The position numbers were made by a program, and so were the translations under genes. This document shows, in pieces, positions 9,351 to 18,935 of a stretch of 64,000 nt of DNA. Position 1 is the first letter of the stretch. Each line of letters begins with the position of its first letter. The stretch is from Armatimonadota bacterium (lineage in GTDB: Bacteria > Armatimonadota > HRBIN16). Under the pieces are notes generated by a model that was not told the origin of the DNA, searched no databases, and saw only the letters and a list, made by a program, of their open reading frames with translations. The stretch is taken from the NCBI GenBank assembly GCA_963677485.1, contig OY781964.1:4992001-5056000 (forward strand). The letters run 5' to 3'.

Positions 9351-9857
9351 ATGAATCGCTCCACACTCAGACAGATCGCAGACCTACCCAATCTGACTAC
9401 CCCCGAACTCCAGGAACTCTGGAAGACCCTGAACGGCAAAGATGCACCGAGCTGCTCACGCGGCTACCTCATTAGAAGACTGGCTTACCGCATACAGGAG
9501 ATCGCCTTCGGTGGGCTGTCCACTCAGACCATGAAGCTCATGGGCAAGGTTCTCGAAACCTACGGCTACGATGAGAACGGATGCAGGATCAACAAGTCGA
9601 AGAAGGCAGGAAAGCGTGCCAACGGAATGCCGATCATCGGCACGCGTCTGCTTCGTGAATGGAAAGGCACCTCGTACGAAGTGGTGATTGTGAACGGCGG
9701 CTGTGAATATAAGGGCGTGAAGTTCAACTCCCTCACCGCTGTGGCCACATCAATCACAGGCACACACTGGAACGGACGTTCCTTCTTCGGGTTACAGAAG
9801 CTGTTTCGAAAGAAGGCTACCAAGAAGGTGAGTGCCGTTCAGAGTGACGACAATTGA
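9351..9857 (+). CDS. DUF2924 family protein
   Basis: RRLAYRIQEIAFGGLS, GTRLLREWKG, SLTAVATSITGTHWNGRSFFGL; directly upstream of a serine recombinase. Confidence 0.88.
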   Translation: MNRSTLRQIADLPNLTTPELQELWKTLNGKDAPSCSRGYLIRRLAYRIQEIAFGGLSTQTMKLMGKVLETYGYDENGCRINKSKKAGKRANGMPIIGTRLLREWKGTSYEVVIVNGGCEYKGVKFNSLTAVATSITGTHWNGRSFFGLQKLFRKKATKKVSAVQSDDN

Positions 9858-11515
9858 GCGGTAAGCCAGTCGATAAAAGAACAGCGAGTAGCAATACCTC
9901 TGTGGCCACACTGGGAAGAAGCAGCAAGAGCACAAGCAGCAAAACATCCATCAGGCCACCAGGCCCAGCACCTAAAGTGCGCTGCGCTGTCTACACCCGT
10001 AAGTCCACAGAGGAAGGCCTCGAGCAGGAGTTCAACAGCCTGGACGCCCAGCGCGAAGCGGGCACATCATACATCGCCAGTCAGAAACATGAAGGCTGGT
10101 ATTGCCTCGATCAGCTGTACGACGATGGTGGATTCTCAGGTGGTACCATGGACCGACCAGGGCTCGAACAGCTTCTGCGTGACATCGAGAACAACCGCAT
10201 CGACTGCGTGGTGGTCTACAAGGTAGACAGACTCTCACGCTCCCTACTCGACTTCTCAAAGATCATGGATGTGTTCGACCGGAACGGCGTCTCCTTTGTC
10301 TCAGTCACCCAGATGTTCAACACCAGCACATCCATGGGTAGACTGGTGCTTAACGTGCTGCTCAGCTTCGCGCAGTTCGAACGTGAGATCATCGGCGAAC
10401 GCATTCGTGACAAGATCGCGTCCTCCAAACAAAAAGGCCAGTATACGGGAGGCACTCCCCCACTTGGCTACAACGTCCATCCCGAAAAGACACAGCTCAT
10501 CGTAAACCCTGATGAGGCGATCACCGTGCAGACCATCTTCACACGCTACTGCGATACGAGTTCACCGCTTAGAGTAGCACTAGAGTTAAACGCGGCTGGC
10601 ATCACCACCAAAAGATGGGTCACCAAAGGTGGTATCCTGCATACCGGCCGGCCATGGGACAGAGGCCACATCTACCGCATCCTGCACAACCCGGTCTATG
10701 TCGGAAGAGTAAAGCACAGGGAGAACATATACCCCGGGGAGCATGAGGCGATCATCGAGGTTGATCTCTGGGACAGAGTGGTCGCCATGCTTAAAGAGAA
10801 TGCTCTACATGAAGAGGCGCAGAAGCGCTCTCTTGTTCCCTCTCTACTTAAGGGTATCATCAGCTGTGGTTACTGTAACAGGTCTATGTGCATGATCTCC
10901 ACAACGAAAGATGGAGCGAGGTTCAGATACTACAAATGTATCAAGGCGGTGAAGAGCGGATGCCAGGCCTGCAGCGTAGGAGCTGTTCCTGCCGGTGACA
11001 TCGAGGGGGCGGTGATCGCGCAGCTTCGTGCCGTCTTCAAGTCGCCAGAGATCGTGGCGAAGACCTTCCGATCGACCAGGGTGATTGAGACGAGTGAGAT
11101 AACCCGACTTGAAAGCGAGAAGGCGTGTCTGGAGCGGGGCATGAAGAGGCTGCAGGACAGTGCTGCCAAACTGATCAACGGTGACCTGTCCAGTAACGCA
11201 ACCAGCACGGAGGTGCTGCGTATCAACAGCGAGTTCATCCAGACGCAGCGCAGGCTTCAGGACACGAGCGAGGAGTTGTCCGAGATGCTGCTGGAGATGA
11301 CCACGGAGCAGAATGTGGCGAAGGCGCTTAGTGACCTTCACCCGATCTGGGATGAGCTCTACCCCTCTGAGCAGCACCGCATCATTCAGCTTCTTATTGA
11401 GCAGGTCACCATTAAGCTAGGTGGTATGGAGATACGCATGCGCACCGAGGGGGTTCACTCGCTGATCAGTGAGCTTCAGGAGACTGTAGACGCCAAGACA
11501 GAACGAAGTAGATAG
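9854..11515 (+). CDS. Large serine recombinase
   Basis: CAVYTRKS catalytic motif, SLDAQ, DRLSR, recombinase domain, Zn ribbon CGYC..YYKC..C, coiled coil. Confidence 0.95.
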   Translation: MSGKPVDKRTASSNTSVATLGRSSKSTSSKTSIRPPGPAPKVRCAVYTRKSTEEGLEQEFNSLDAQREAGTSYIASQKHEGWYCLDQLYDDGGFSGGTMDRPGLEQLLRDIENNRIDCVVVYKVDRLSRSLLDFSKIMDVFDRNGVSFVSVTQMFNTSTSMGRLVLNVLLSFAQFEREIIGERIRDKIASSKQKGQYTGGTPPLGYNVHPEKTQLIVNPDEAITVQTIFTRYCDTSSPLRVALELNAAGITTKRWVTKGGILHTGRPWDRGHIYRILHNPVYVGRVKHRENIYPGEHEAIIEVDLWDRVVAMLKENALHEEAQKRSLVPSLLKGIISCGYCNRSMCMISTTKDGARFRYYKCIKAVKSGCQACSVGAVPAGDIEGAVIAQLRAVFKSPEIVAKTFRSTRVIETSEITRLESEKACLERGMKRLQDSAAKLINGDLSSNATSTEVLRINSEFIQTQRRLQDTSEELSEMLLEMTTEQNVAKALSDLHPIWDELYPSEQHRIIQLLIEQVTIKLGGMEIRMRTEGVHSLISELQETVDAKTERSR

Positions 11516-11547
11516 GAGTAGATAGATATGAATAGGAGTAAACAGAT

Positions 11548-11961
11548 ATGAACAACGACGCATCTTATGACATCGATGATATCGGCATTGTGTTTACCGT
11601 ACCACTGGCGATAAAGCGCAGATCCGGTCGGAGGCAGGTGATCACGCCGCCTACCGGTGCCGGTGGTAAGGAGATCGTGCTGGCACACCAGGAGGCGATC
11701 GTGATCGCGATCGCCCGGGCGCACCGGTGGCGTAACCAGCTTGAGGACGGCACATATGAGTCTCTCACCGATCTGGCCACGCACATAAACCAGGATATCT
11801 CTTTCACCGCGAGGCTATTGCGACTCACGCAGCTTTCACCGCGAGTGATCGAGTCGATCTTCGCCGGCGAGGAGCCAGACGGTCTGTCACTCAATACGCT
11901 CACGAAGCTGTTACCTGTGATCTGGGAGGAGCAGGAGGCGGAGCTGGGGTTTCCGATGTAG
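11548..11961 (+). CDS. Recombinase-associated small HTH-like protein
   Basis: KRRSGRRQ...AIARAHRWRNQLEDG...RLLRLTQLSPRVIESI; typical third gene of DUF2924-recombinase modules. Confidence 0.75.
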   Translation: MNNDASYDIDDIGIVFTVPLAIKRRSGRRQVITPPTGAGGKEIVLAHQEAIVIAIARAHRWRNQLEDGTYESLTDLATHINQDISFTARLLRLTQLSPRVIESIFAGEEPDGLSLNTLTKLLPVIWEEQEAELGFPM

Positions 11962-12060
11962 GGTGCTGGTTCATTTTACTCTGGCTACAGGCCCGATCAT
12001 TGCAGGTATGTGCTGGTCGGGCCTTGTTGCGCGGATGTATGGCGAGTGGTCTGCATCGCT

Positions 12061-12111
12061 TGCGCACTCAGTGTGGCCACGGTGATGACTGCATGATTCC
12101 GCATTGACCCA
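12061..12111 (+). repeat. 51-bp direct repeat, partner at 14814-14864
   Basis: TGCGCACTCAGTGTGGCCACGGTGATGACTGCATGAT[T/C]CCGCATTGACCCA, one mismatch. Confidence 0.9.
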
Positions 12112-12212
12112 GCATCGGTAAATGGCAAGATGATAGAACTCGTCATCATACGTCGCTTTCGTCCTCATACAATATATCACCACAGGTCTCAGATCAACTT
12201 GCCCAACTGGCT

Positions 12213-12250
12213 AATTGCGCACTCGGAGATGGGCGGAGAAGGCTCTACTG
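12213..12250 (+). repeat. 38-bp junction motif, copy 1 of 4
   Basis: AATTGCGCACTCGGAGATGGGCGGAGAAGGCTCTACTG. Confidence 0.9.
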
Positions 12251-12297
12251 GGTGGGGCTGCAACTATGTCAGCCAGTGCAACACACCCATCGTCACA

Positions 12298-14031
12298 CTA
12301 CCCGTGCAGCCGCAAGCGCCAGTCGCCCTGCCAGGTTCTAGTAACCCCAAGCTGGTCGGTAAACCGCACATGCACATGCTTGCCGTCTGCCTTTGCGAAC
12401 TCCGCAGGAAGCTGCCAGGCATCCAGATAGTAGCTCCGGCCGTTTCGCAGTTTGATTTTCCAATCTGGCGACTTTTTGCCCTCCATCTCAATCCACACAG
12501 TAAGAGTGACGGGCTGATCATCAATGGCGGGCCAGGCGGCCCACAGCTCCAGCCAAGGCTTGCCCTTGAAGCTACGTAGTTTGCCCATGATGATAGGCTT
12601 CTGCTCGTATCGGTCGCCATCAGACTTATTCATTGCGATCACAGGCAGGTCGAACCAGCACCACTTGAATGGCCCTTCATGGATAGGATCTAAAGCACCA
12701 TATCGATGAGCGGATTTTACTATGTATTCAAGCACACCATGAGCGTTATATTTCCAATCTTTGGTGTAGTCTGCTCCTGGGGCTCCCGGTCTAGTATTCA
12801 GTTCAGAGGCCCACATCACATAGTTGTCGGCAGCGAATAGTGACATGCCTGTAAACAGTTCTATCTGCCAGCCAGGAAGCGGCCGGTCATTCTGTTGAAT
12901 ACCCTGAGTACCTTCATTGCAGATTCGCGTCCAGGCACCCACCTTTACATTGGATAGATAAGGCCGCCTGATGGTGCTGTCCGCGGGGTACTGGCCAGCG
13001 ATGCGGTGATGCATCAGGTAGAGCCTGATCGCCTGAACGTAGATGTCCTGCAGGCAATGCTCTGCCTCTCCAGGTTCCAGCGTCAGTGTATGGCCGTAGC
13101 ATTTCGTGGTGGTGAGATCACTAAACTCAGGAACACCTTGCTTTAGGATCAAGCGGCCATCTGAACCCCGTTTATAAAGCGGTTCGTTGCCCCATATAGC
13201 ACGCATATAACCATCGGTAGAAAGCACACCGTGGAACTCATTACATATCTTTAGGGTGGGGTCATTATCTCTCAAATAGTCTTTTTCAGGCAGCAGATAT
13301 TCGGGTAAACCCGACCCTCCCCAGCGTAAGGATGTGTAGAAGGCACCGACTTCAAAGGTGTATTGTCCATAGGTAATAGGGCAAACCCTGATGCCCGTCT
13401 CTTTCAACGCGGCTCTGGCGTAACCCTCATACAACCAACCGAAGCAGTCCCGCTGGTGCTCCCATCCGCCGGTGGCTTCGATGTCAAAGCACGGGTAGAG
13501 CACCCCTTTGCGTTTGTAGTCGGTGGGTTCCCTCTCGGCGTTCCAGGACAGTTCACCCAAGGTCAAGAAGGCCTCGCGGTTGTTGGAAAAGAGATGCTCT
13601 TTATGAAAAAGACGCAGGGCCGCAATACGGTCGTCTTTGGGGTTTTTCTGTTCCAGCTCATTGGCCAGCCTTTCAGCGTGTCCCCAGAAGAACGGGTCGC
13701 CCATCAGTTGGTGCTTCTGGGTATACGGCAGGTTCCGCACATCGGTGGGGGCAGTGCCAATGCGAAAGTTAGGCACCGCTTCCACGGAGGTGATGCCGCG
13801 CGTGAAATGCTGGTTATCGGCCCAAGTGTTATACCATGGCCCGGAGACATGAATATGGCGGTCACGCATACTAAACTTCGGGAATCTGGTGAATAATGCC
13901 ACACCCTGTGCGGTTTGCTCAGCGAAGGGATAGTCAATGCCGTATGGTGACGGCACTGTGCGGGTGGCAAACTTCAAATCGGGTGCCGATTGCGTCACCC
14001 ACGGTTGTCCTAAGTAATCTTTGCGAATCAT
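12298..14031 (-). CDS. Hypothetical cargo protein (577 aa)
   Basis: Long aromatic-rich ORF; no family recognised. Confidence 0.75.
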   Translation of the reverse strand: MIRKDYLGQPWVTQSAPDLKFATRTVPSPYGIDYPFAEQTAQGVALFTRFPKFSMRDRHIHVSGPWYNTWADNQHFTRGITSVEAVPNFRIGTAPTDVRNLPYTQKHQLMGDPFFWGHAERLANELEQKNPKDDRIAALRLFHKEHLFSNNREAFLTLGELSWNAEREPTDYKRKGVLYPCFDIEATGGWEHQRDCFGWLYEGYARAALKETGIRVCPITYGQYTFEVGAFYTSLRWGGSGLPEYLLPEKDYLRDNDPTLKICNEFHGVLSTDGYMRAIWGNEPLYKRGSDGRLILKQGVPEFSDLTTTKCYGHTLTLEPGEAEHCLQDIYVQAIRLYLMHHRIAGQYPADSTIRRPYLSNVKVGAWTRICNEGTQGIQQNDRPLPGWQIELFTGMSLFAADNYVMWASELNTRPGAPGADYTKDWKYNAHGVLEYIVKSAHRYGALDPIHEGPFKWCWFDLPVIAMNKSDGDRYEQKPIIMGKLRSFKGKPWLELWAAWPAIDDQPVTLTVWIEMEGKKSPDWKIKLRNGRSYYLDAWQLPAEFAKADGKHVHVRFTDQLGVTRTWQGDWRLRLHG

Positions 14032-14241
14032 ATCTCTGCTTCAACTCCCGTTTCTTTGTATTTAATGCAAGTAAACTGTGGTATCTGTAGCAATACGTAT
14101 TGCCGCTACCCTGAACCCTATAACGGCCTGACCAGAAATACACATACGATGAGTAGGACGAGTTAGGCGAGTAGGATGTTCCGGAGTGTCCTGTGACGAG
14201 TCTGGCGCCTACTGCTCTCCTGCTCTTCTATCTCCTCCCGC

Positions 14242-14468
14242 CTAACGCACCGTGATGCTGAGACCCCCAAGGTATAGGAAGTCACCACGGGTGATGTTGA
14301 CCCGATATACGCCTCGGCCATACTCCAGCTTCAAGCTGAACCGGTAGTTGCCGCCGCCCAGTGACTGCGGCTTTATCTTCGCACTGCCCACATAGTAGTT
14401 GCGAGAGTCAATGTAGTATTTCGCCTCAGCATCTGCAAACTGCACAGATACAAACAGCTCCGATGCGG
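14242..14468 (-). pseudogene. 3' gene fragment truncated by the IS remnant
   Basis: Protein-like frame (YYIDSRNYYVG...RFSLKLEY) whose 5' end runs into the IS terminus. Confidence 0.4.
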
Positions 14469-14805
14469 GTATCGCACCCGGTTGCACAGACACGGGTTAG
14501 TGTTAAGCAGCATTTGATGTGGAGTGCTCTTCAACAAAGCTCTGGCGGGTTTCAAGCGGCGTTTTGAATCCCATCTTCTCCAATCGCCATGAACGATTGT
14601 AAACTTGTTTGAAGTATATCACTGCTTCCCTCACGTCGTCAACGTTCTGAATCACATGTCTGCAAATGACCTGTTCATTTAGTGTCCGGTTGAACCGCTC
14701 CACCACTCCATTTGTCTGGGGCTGTTGCACGTAGCTGAATCTAGATGTGATCCCAGCCGCTTGATTTCATACTGGGATTGATCGTGTATCGGAGCAATTT
14801 GCGAA
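14469..14805 (-). mobile_element. IS481/IS3-like DDE transposase remnant with one terminal sequence
   Basis: Integrase core C-terminus QPQTNGVVERFNRTLNEQ...YN; downstream GTGTCTGTGCAACCGGGTGCGATAC resembles an IS end. Confidence 0.75.
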
Positions 14806-14813
14806 TCCGTTGC

Positions 14814-14864
14814 TGCGCACTCAGTGTGGCCACGGTGATGACTGCATGATCCCGCATTGACCCA
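14814..14864 (+). repeat. 51-bp direct repeat, partner at 12061-12111
   Basis: Direct sequence match. Confidence 0.9.
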
Positions 14865-15117
14865 CACTCGGTAGATGATATTCAGATAGCACCTGTCAAC
14901 TGATACACAGACTGGTCGGTATGCTGTCCGACACTTTTCAGATTTCGCCCGTATATATTAAGTGGAGGGTGTCACTATGCGACCTTGTATTTCTACTGAT
15001 GTCGCATGCACCGCGAACAGATGTGGACACTACATGCCACCACCATATTCAGTCCCGATATGATGCAACAAGAAGTCACTACTCAAACAATATGCGCAAC
15101 AACACAGGAGACAGTCC

Positions 15118-15858
15118 ATGATGTCACGAAATGAAACAGCACCAAACGCCAGCGAGGTTCTTCCTAAAGATTTGCTCAAGATTCTTCAAGGCTTCTGTTC
15201 TGGGGTTGTATACATTCCACCGAAACTGCTGCAGTCTCAAATCAGCAGAGAACAGATACGCGAATTACACGATAAAGGTATCACTCCTTCAGAGATCTCA
15301 CGCGAAACCACAATCTCCGTGAAGCATGTCCGGAGGATCATCAAACAAATAAGTGACGGTGTCATGCAAGAGCCGATCGACCGTCAGAAGATATATGGGG
15401 TGGTACCTGAAGATATTGTAGCGATGGTGCAGAGTTACGTGGAAGGTGTTTTGTATGTGCCACCAACTACGTCTTCAGTGGTACGGCGGTATTCGCGTGT
15501 AAAGAGGCTCCTTCGAGCAGGACACACCATTTTATCAGTCGCCAGTCTGACAGGGATGTCGACTCGTCGTGTCAGACAACTAAGGGACGAGTATGCGAGG
15601 GATGTCGCGCCTCCAAAGAAGGTAGTGGTACATAAGGATGTGCAGAATGGATCCTTCCAAAATATCGCCAATGAGGCTATGGGTCAAAGTCAGGATCCTG
15701 ATGAGATACCGCCAAGGCTCTGTCCGCTGTGTGGAACCCCGGTGGAACCGCATGAGAACACCTGCGTAGTATGCAGCAGACCAACCAAAGTTAAGGATGA
15801 TCCCGATGTCCTCGTTCTTAGCCATTTCCCATTCGCATACCTCGACCGTAAATTCTGA
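15118..15858 (+). CDS. Tandem CD3324/Mor-like HTH protein with C-terminal Zn ribbon
   Basis: Two units (VLPKDLLKILQGFCSGVVYIPP / VVPEDIVAMVQSYVEGVLYVPP) each followed by an HTH; CPLC...CVVC. Confidence 0.7.
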   Translation: MMSRNETAPNASEVLPKDLLKILQGFCSGVVYIPPKLLQSQISREQIRELHDKGITPSEISRETTISVKHVRRIIKQISDGVMQEPIDRQKIYGVVPEDIVAMVQSYVEGVLYVPPTTSSVVRRYSRVKRLLRAGHTILSVASLTGMSTRRVRQLRDEYARDVAPPKKVVVHKDVQNGSFQNIANEAMGQSQDPDEIPPRLCPLCGTPVEPHENTCVVCSRPTKVKDDPDVLVLSHFPFAYLDRKF

Positions 15859-16579
15859 CATGATGCTAATCCCCAGTTGCTAATCTCCGCAACACGGCTG
15901 CATCAACTGCACATCCGTGTGCACAATTTCAATACCCTGCAAATCATGATTCAGAAAGTGAAATTTTAAGTAAACAAATGTCCCTGTTTTTGGCATGTAG
16001 GATGCCAGATTGCATTTAGGCTGCAGGCCCGATTATCACAGACGCACGGTGGTCGGGTCTTGTTGCGCAGATGTGGGCGAGTAGTATGCAACGTCGCATC
16101 GTGTCTAGATGCAGAATTGATTCTGAATGCATCGCTTGTGCACTCCGTGTGGTCACAGTGATCGCGAAGGCAACACGAGGTAACTCATAACCTCCGTAAT
16201 CCGCAAGATTTCATCACTGAACTCACGTAGACGTCAGTAACAACTGAGGCTTGCGCTCTTGTTGCGAACTTGAATCGCATCTTTACGCATGTTGCAAATC
16301 CACGTACAAATCCGCGCAACACTGTTGCATAAACTGTGCATCAACTACACATCATGTACACATCCGTGTACACAAATTCAAAACACTGCAAAAACACGAT
16401 TCAGAAAGTGAAATTTTAAGTAAACAAATGTCCTTGTTTTTGACAGGCTTTTGCGGGTTTTAGGCAGAAATCCGCATCACTCTTTCCAAGATATGGGTGG
16501 TCTTCATGGTAGTGAAATGACCCATTTCGTGCTCAGAACGGTGTTTTTGGAGTCTTTTTGGGACAGAAACGGGGAGGTT

Positions 16580-16615
16580 AATTGCGCACTCGGAGATGGG
16601 GGGAGAAGGCTGTAC
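16580..16615 (+). repeat. Junction motif, copy 2 of 4
   Basis: AATTGCGCACTCGGAGATGGGGGGAGAAGGCTGTAC. Confidence 0.9.
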
Positions 16616-16621
16616 ATCCCT

Positions 16622-17338
16622 ATGGACACCTCGATAATCCGCCAGATCATTGGCCTGCCAGACCTGACTACCCCTGAGCTCCAGGAACTCTGGAAGACCT
16701 TAAACGGTAAAGAGCCGCCAGCCTTCTCACGCCTCTACCTCATCAAGAGGTTGGCCTACCGAATGCAGGAGATCGCTTTCGGCGGCTTGTCTACTTGCTC
16801 TATACAGCTCATGGATGAGATACTCGAATCATACGGATTCGACCGATACGGTCGTCTTGGTCCTAGACCGGTGAAGACTAGGAAGCGCACAGACGAAATA
16901 CATGACAGGCCGAACAAGACAATCATAAACAGCGATGCATCCACCATTACCGATGATATCGGCATCGTGGTTCATGTGCCCCTTACACTTAAACGCCGTT
17001 CCGGTCATACGCAGTTGGTGAGGCCAGCTACCGATGCCGATGATATAAACTTCCGACTGGCGCACCAGGAAGCGATCGTGATCGCCATCTCTCGTGCACA
17101 CCGGTGGCGTGACCAGCTTGAAGACGGAACCTACGACACCCTTTCTGCATTGGCCAAGCAGATATTTCAGGATATCTCCTTCACCTCAAGGCTGCTTAGG
17201 CTATCGCTGCTCTCGCCTCGGGTTATCGAGTCGATCCTTACAAGCCGGGAGCCGGACGGTCTGTCGCTACATGCGCTCACGAAGCTGCTACCAATGATAT
17301 GGGTGGATCAGGAGGCAGAGCTGGGATTCCCTATGTAG
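16622..17338 (+). CDS. DUF2924 N-half fused in frame to the recombinase-associated small protein (copy B)
   Basis: N-part matches 9351 ORF, C-part matches 11548 ORF; recombinase absent. Confidence 0.8.
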   Translation: MDTSIIRQIIGLPDLTTPELQELWKTLNGKEPPAFSRLYLIKRLAYRMQEIAFGGLSTCSIQLMDEILESYGFDRYGRLGPRPVKTRKRTDEIHDRPNKTIINSDASTITDDIGIVVHVPLTLKRRSGHTQLVRPATDADDINFRLAHQEAIVIAISRAHRWRDQLEDGTYDTLSALAKQIFQDISFTSRLLRLSLLSPRVIESILTSREPDGLSLHALTKLLPMIWVDQEAELGFPM

Positions 17339-17503
17339 GGAGGCACACGAGCCCGGTATTTAGGCTACAGGCCCGATCGATCGCTGGTATGTGATGGTCG
17401 GGCTTGCTTGCGCGAATGTGGGGCGAGTGGCGGCATCGTTCGGGCACTCCGCCTTCAAATCACAATTACATCACATGTCTACATATCATCTTGCATACCC
17501 GTC

Positions 17504-17541
17504 AATTGTGCACTCGGAGATGGGGGGAGATGGCTGTACTG
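17504..17541 (+). repeat. Junction motif, copy 3 of 4
   Basis: AATTGTGCACTCGGAGATGGGGGGAGATGGCTGTACTG. Confidence 0.9.
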
Positions 17542-17619
17542 CCACCATGAATGCATTCTGGACCAGCTTGCCTTCGCTGTTTATATCCTTGATCTTTATC
17601 CGCTTAACCCGATCTTCGA

Positions 17620-17886
17620 TCAGTCATAGATTTTGCTTCTGTGGCCTACAGCAAGAACCAGCACTACCACCTTATCGTCTTCTATGCGGCACAAAATCCG
17701 GTAGTCCCCGACGCGATAACGCCAGAGTCCCGACAAATCCGCAAGCAAAGGCTTTCCAAAGCGGCGAGGGTCTTCTTCAGTGTTAATACGCTCACGCAGA
17801 TAGCTGATGATGTTCTTTCGGGCCTGCGGATCAAGCTTGCGCGCATCACGTATGGCCCGCTCATCCCACTCAATCGTCCACGCCAA
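17620..17886 (-). CDS. relE: RelE/StbE family toxin
   Basis: DPRRFGKPL...LWRYRVGDYRILC...VLAVGHRSKIY. Confidence 0.93.
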   Translation of the reverse strand: MAWTIEWDERAIRDARKLDPQARKNIISYLRERINTEEDPRRFGKPLLADLSGLWRYRVGDYRILCRIEDDKVVVLVLAVGHRSKIYD

Positions 17887-18091
17887 GCTCTATCTCCGCT
17901 TCATTCATTGTCAGTCTTTTTCCGGGCTTTTCCAGCCGTTCTATCGCAATGTAGGTATCTTCCATATCGTCTATCAGCCGCAGGATCGCTTCTCTGGCGT
18001 AATAAGTCTTTGTCCGCCCTGTGCGTTTGGCTAGAGCTGTAAGTCTGTCGTCAATTTCGGCAGGGAGCCTAATGGCCATCATACTTTTCAT
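17870..18091 (-). CDS. relB: RelB/StbD-like ribbon-helix-helix antitoxin
   Basis: AIRLPAEIDDRLTALAKRTGRTKTYYAREAI; overlaps the toxin start. Confidence 0.88.
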   Translation of the reverse strand: MKSMMAIRLPAEIDDRLTALAKRTGRTKTYYAREAILRLIDDMEDTYIAIERLEKPGKRLTMNEAEIELGVDD

Positions 18092-18110
18092 TTTGGTTGA
18101 ACCTCCTGTT

Positions 18111-18152
18111 TGATATACATGTATATCATACCGCGAATACTACATAAGTCAA
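18111..18152 (-). promoter_or_regulatory. TA promoter and operator
   Basis: Perfect 18-bp palindrome TGATATACATGTATATCA (18111-18128) overlapping TTGACT-N16-TATGAT; palindrome repeated at 23029-23046. Confidence 0.7.
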
Positions 18153-18544
18153 TCCCGAAGATCATTTGATCGTCTTATTAAAATGATCTGTTAAATCGAC
18201 CGACCGTTGATTCTCGCCATTCGGCCTTGCCTGATTGGGAGCTATCGTGAAGTTAGAACACTCAAAAACCTAAATTGCCGGCATAATTCGACATTTACGG
18301 CACATTAGGCTTCTCTCTGCAAGAATCGACTAGTAAGAAAACAGGTCAAAACACCCCGTTTCGTGCTCAAAGTGTCTGTTTGGACTTTTCTCTATTCGTC
18401 CATAGGAAACAGAGAATAACGTGCAATAAAGAGACAAAACAGCTGAAAACGAGCCACACATGCCAAATGGCTCGTCCAAAACTATAGAGGCCGTAAATCG
18501 GCCGATAATGGGGATTGTGAGCACGTTATTAGTGCGTAAATGAG

Positions 18545-18578
18545 GAAAAGCCTAGAGCATACATTATCTAGGCTTTTC
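18545..18578. terminator. Hairpin beside the decayed tmRNA end
   Basis: GAAAAGCCTAGA...TCTAGGCTTTTC; counterpart at 23465-23498. Confidence 0.5.
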
Positions 18579-18605
18579 TCGAAGGTTGTAACGTTTATTA
18601 GTTAT

Positions 18606-18642
18606 TGGTGGAGCGTGAGGGATCTAAACTCTCATCCATGAT
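18606..18642 (-). other. Decayed copy of tmRNA 3' end (att-like)
   Basis: 27 of 37 positions match 23526-23562, including terminal CTCCACCA. Confidence 0.75.
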
Positions 18643-18935
18643 CGATGCAATTCGCATATCTTCGTTATCATTCTTATTGTTATTGTTAATAATAAATTCT
18701 CTCGTAACCATGTTCACATCTTGACTGTGAATTTCAGTACCGTGACTGCCATAGTCACCTCAGTAAATATAGTATCAGATACATGGGAATACGGTGATGA
18801 TAGCATGAATCAGAGAACACGTGGTTCAGGTAACGTAGTGGTATGCCTCATATGGCACTTGCTTATACATTCATTCGGGATAATCCGTATTTATCGCGAT
18901 TCTACAGAAATGAAAGTACATCGCGTTCGAACAGC

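Larger units (their letters stand above)
16618..18642 (+). repeat. About 2-kb direct repeat (copy B) of 21863-23562 (copy C)
   Basis: Near-identical fusion ORF, relB and non-coding tail; copy C lacks 17542-17869. Confidence 0.9.

Noticed and set aside
16451-16621. Longer starts for the fusion ORFs (16451 and 21753)
   Set aside because: The two extensions are unrelated to each other; homology to DUF2924 starts at ATG 16622 and 21867
18606-18642. A second tRNA or tmRNA gene
   Set aside because: Only about 37 nt of 3' end, with a damaged T-arm and no 5' half
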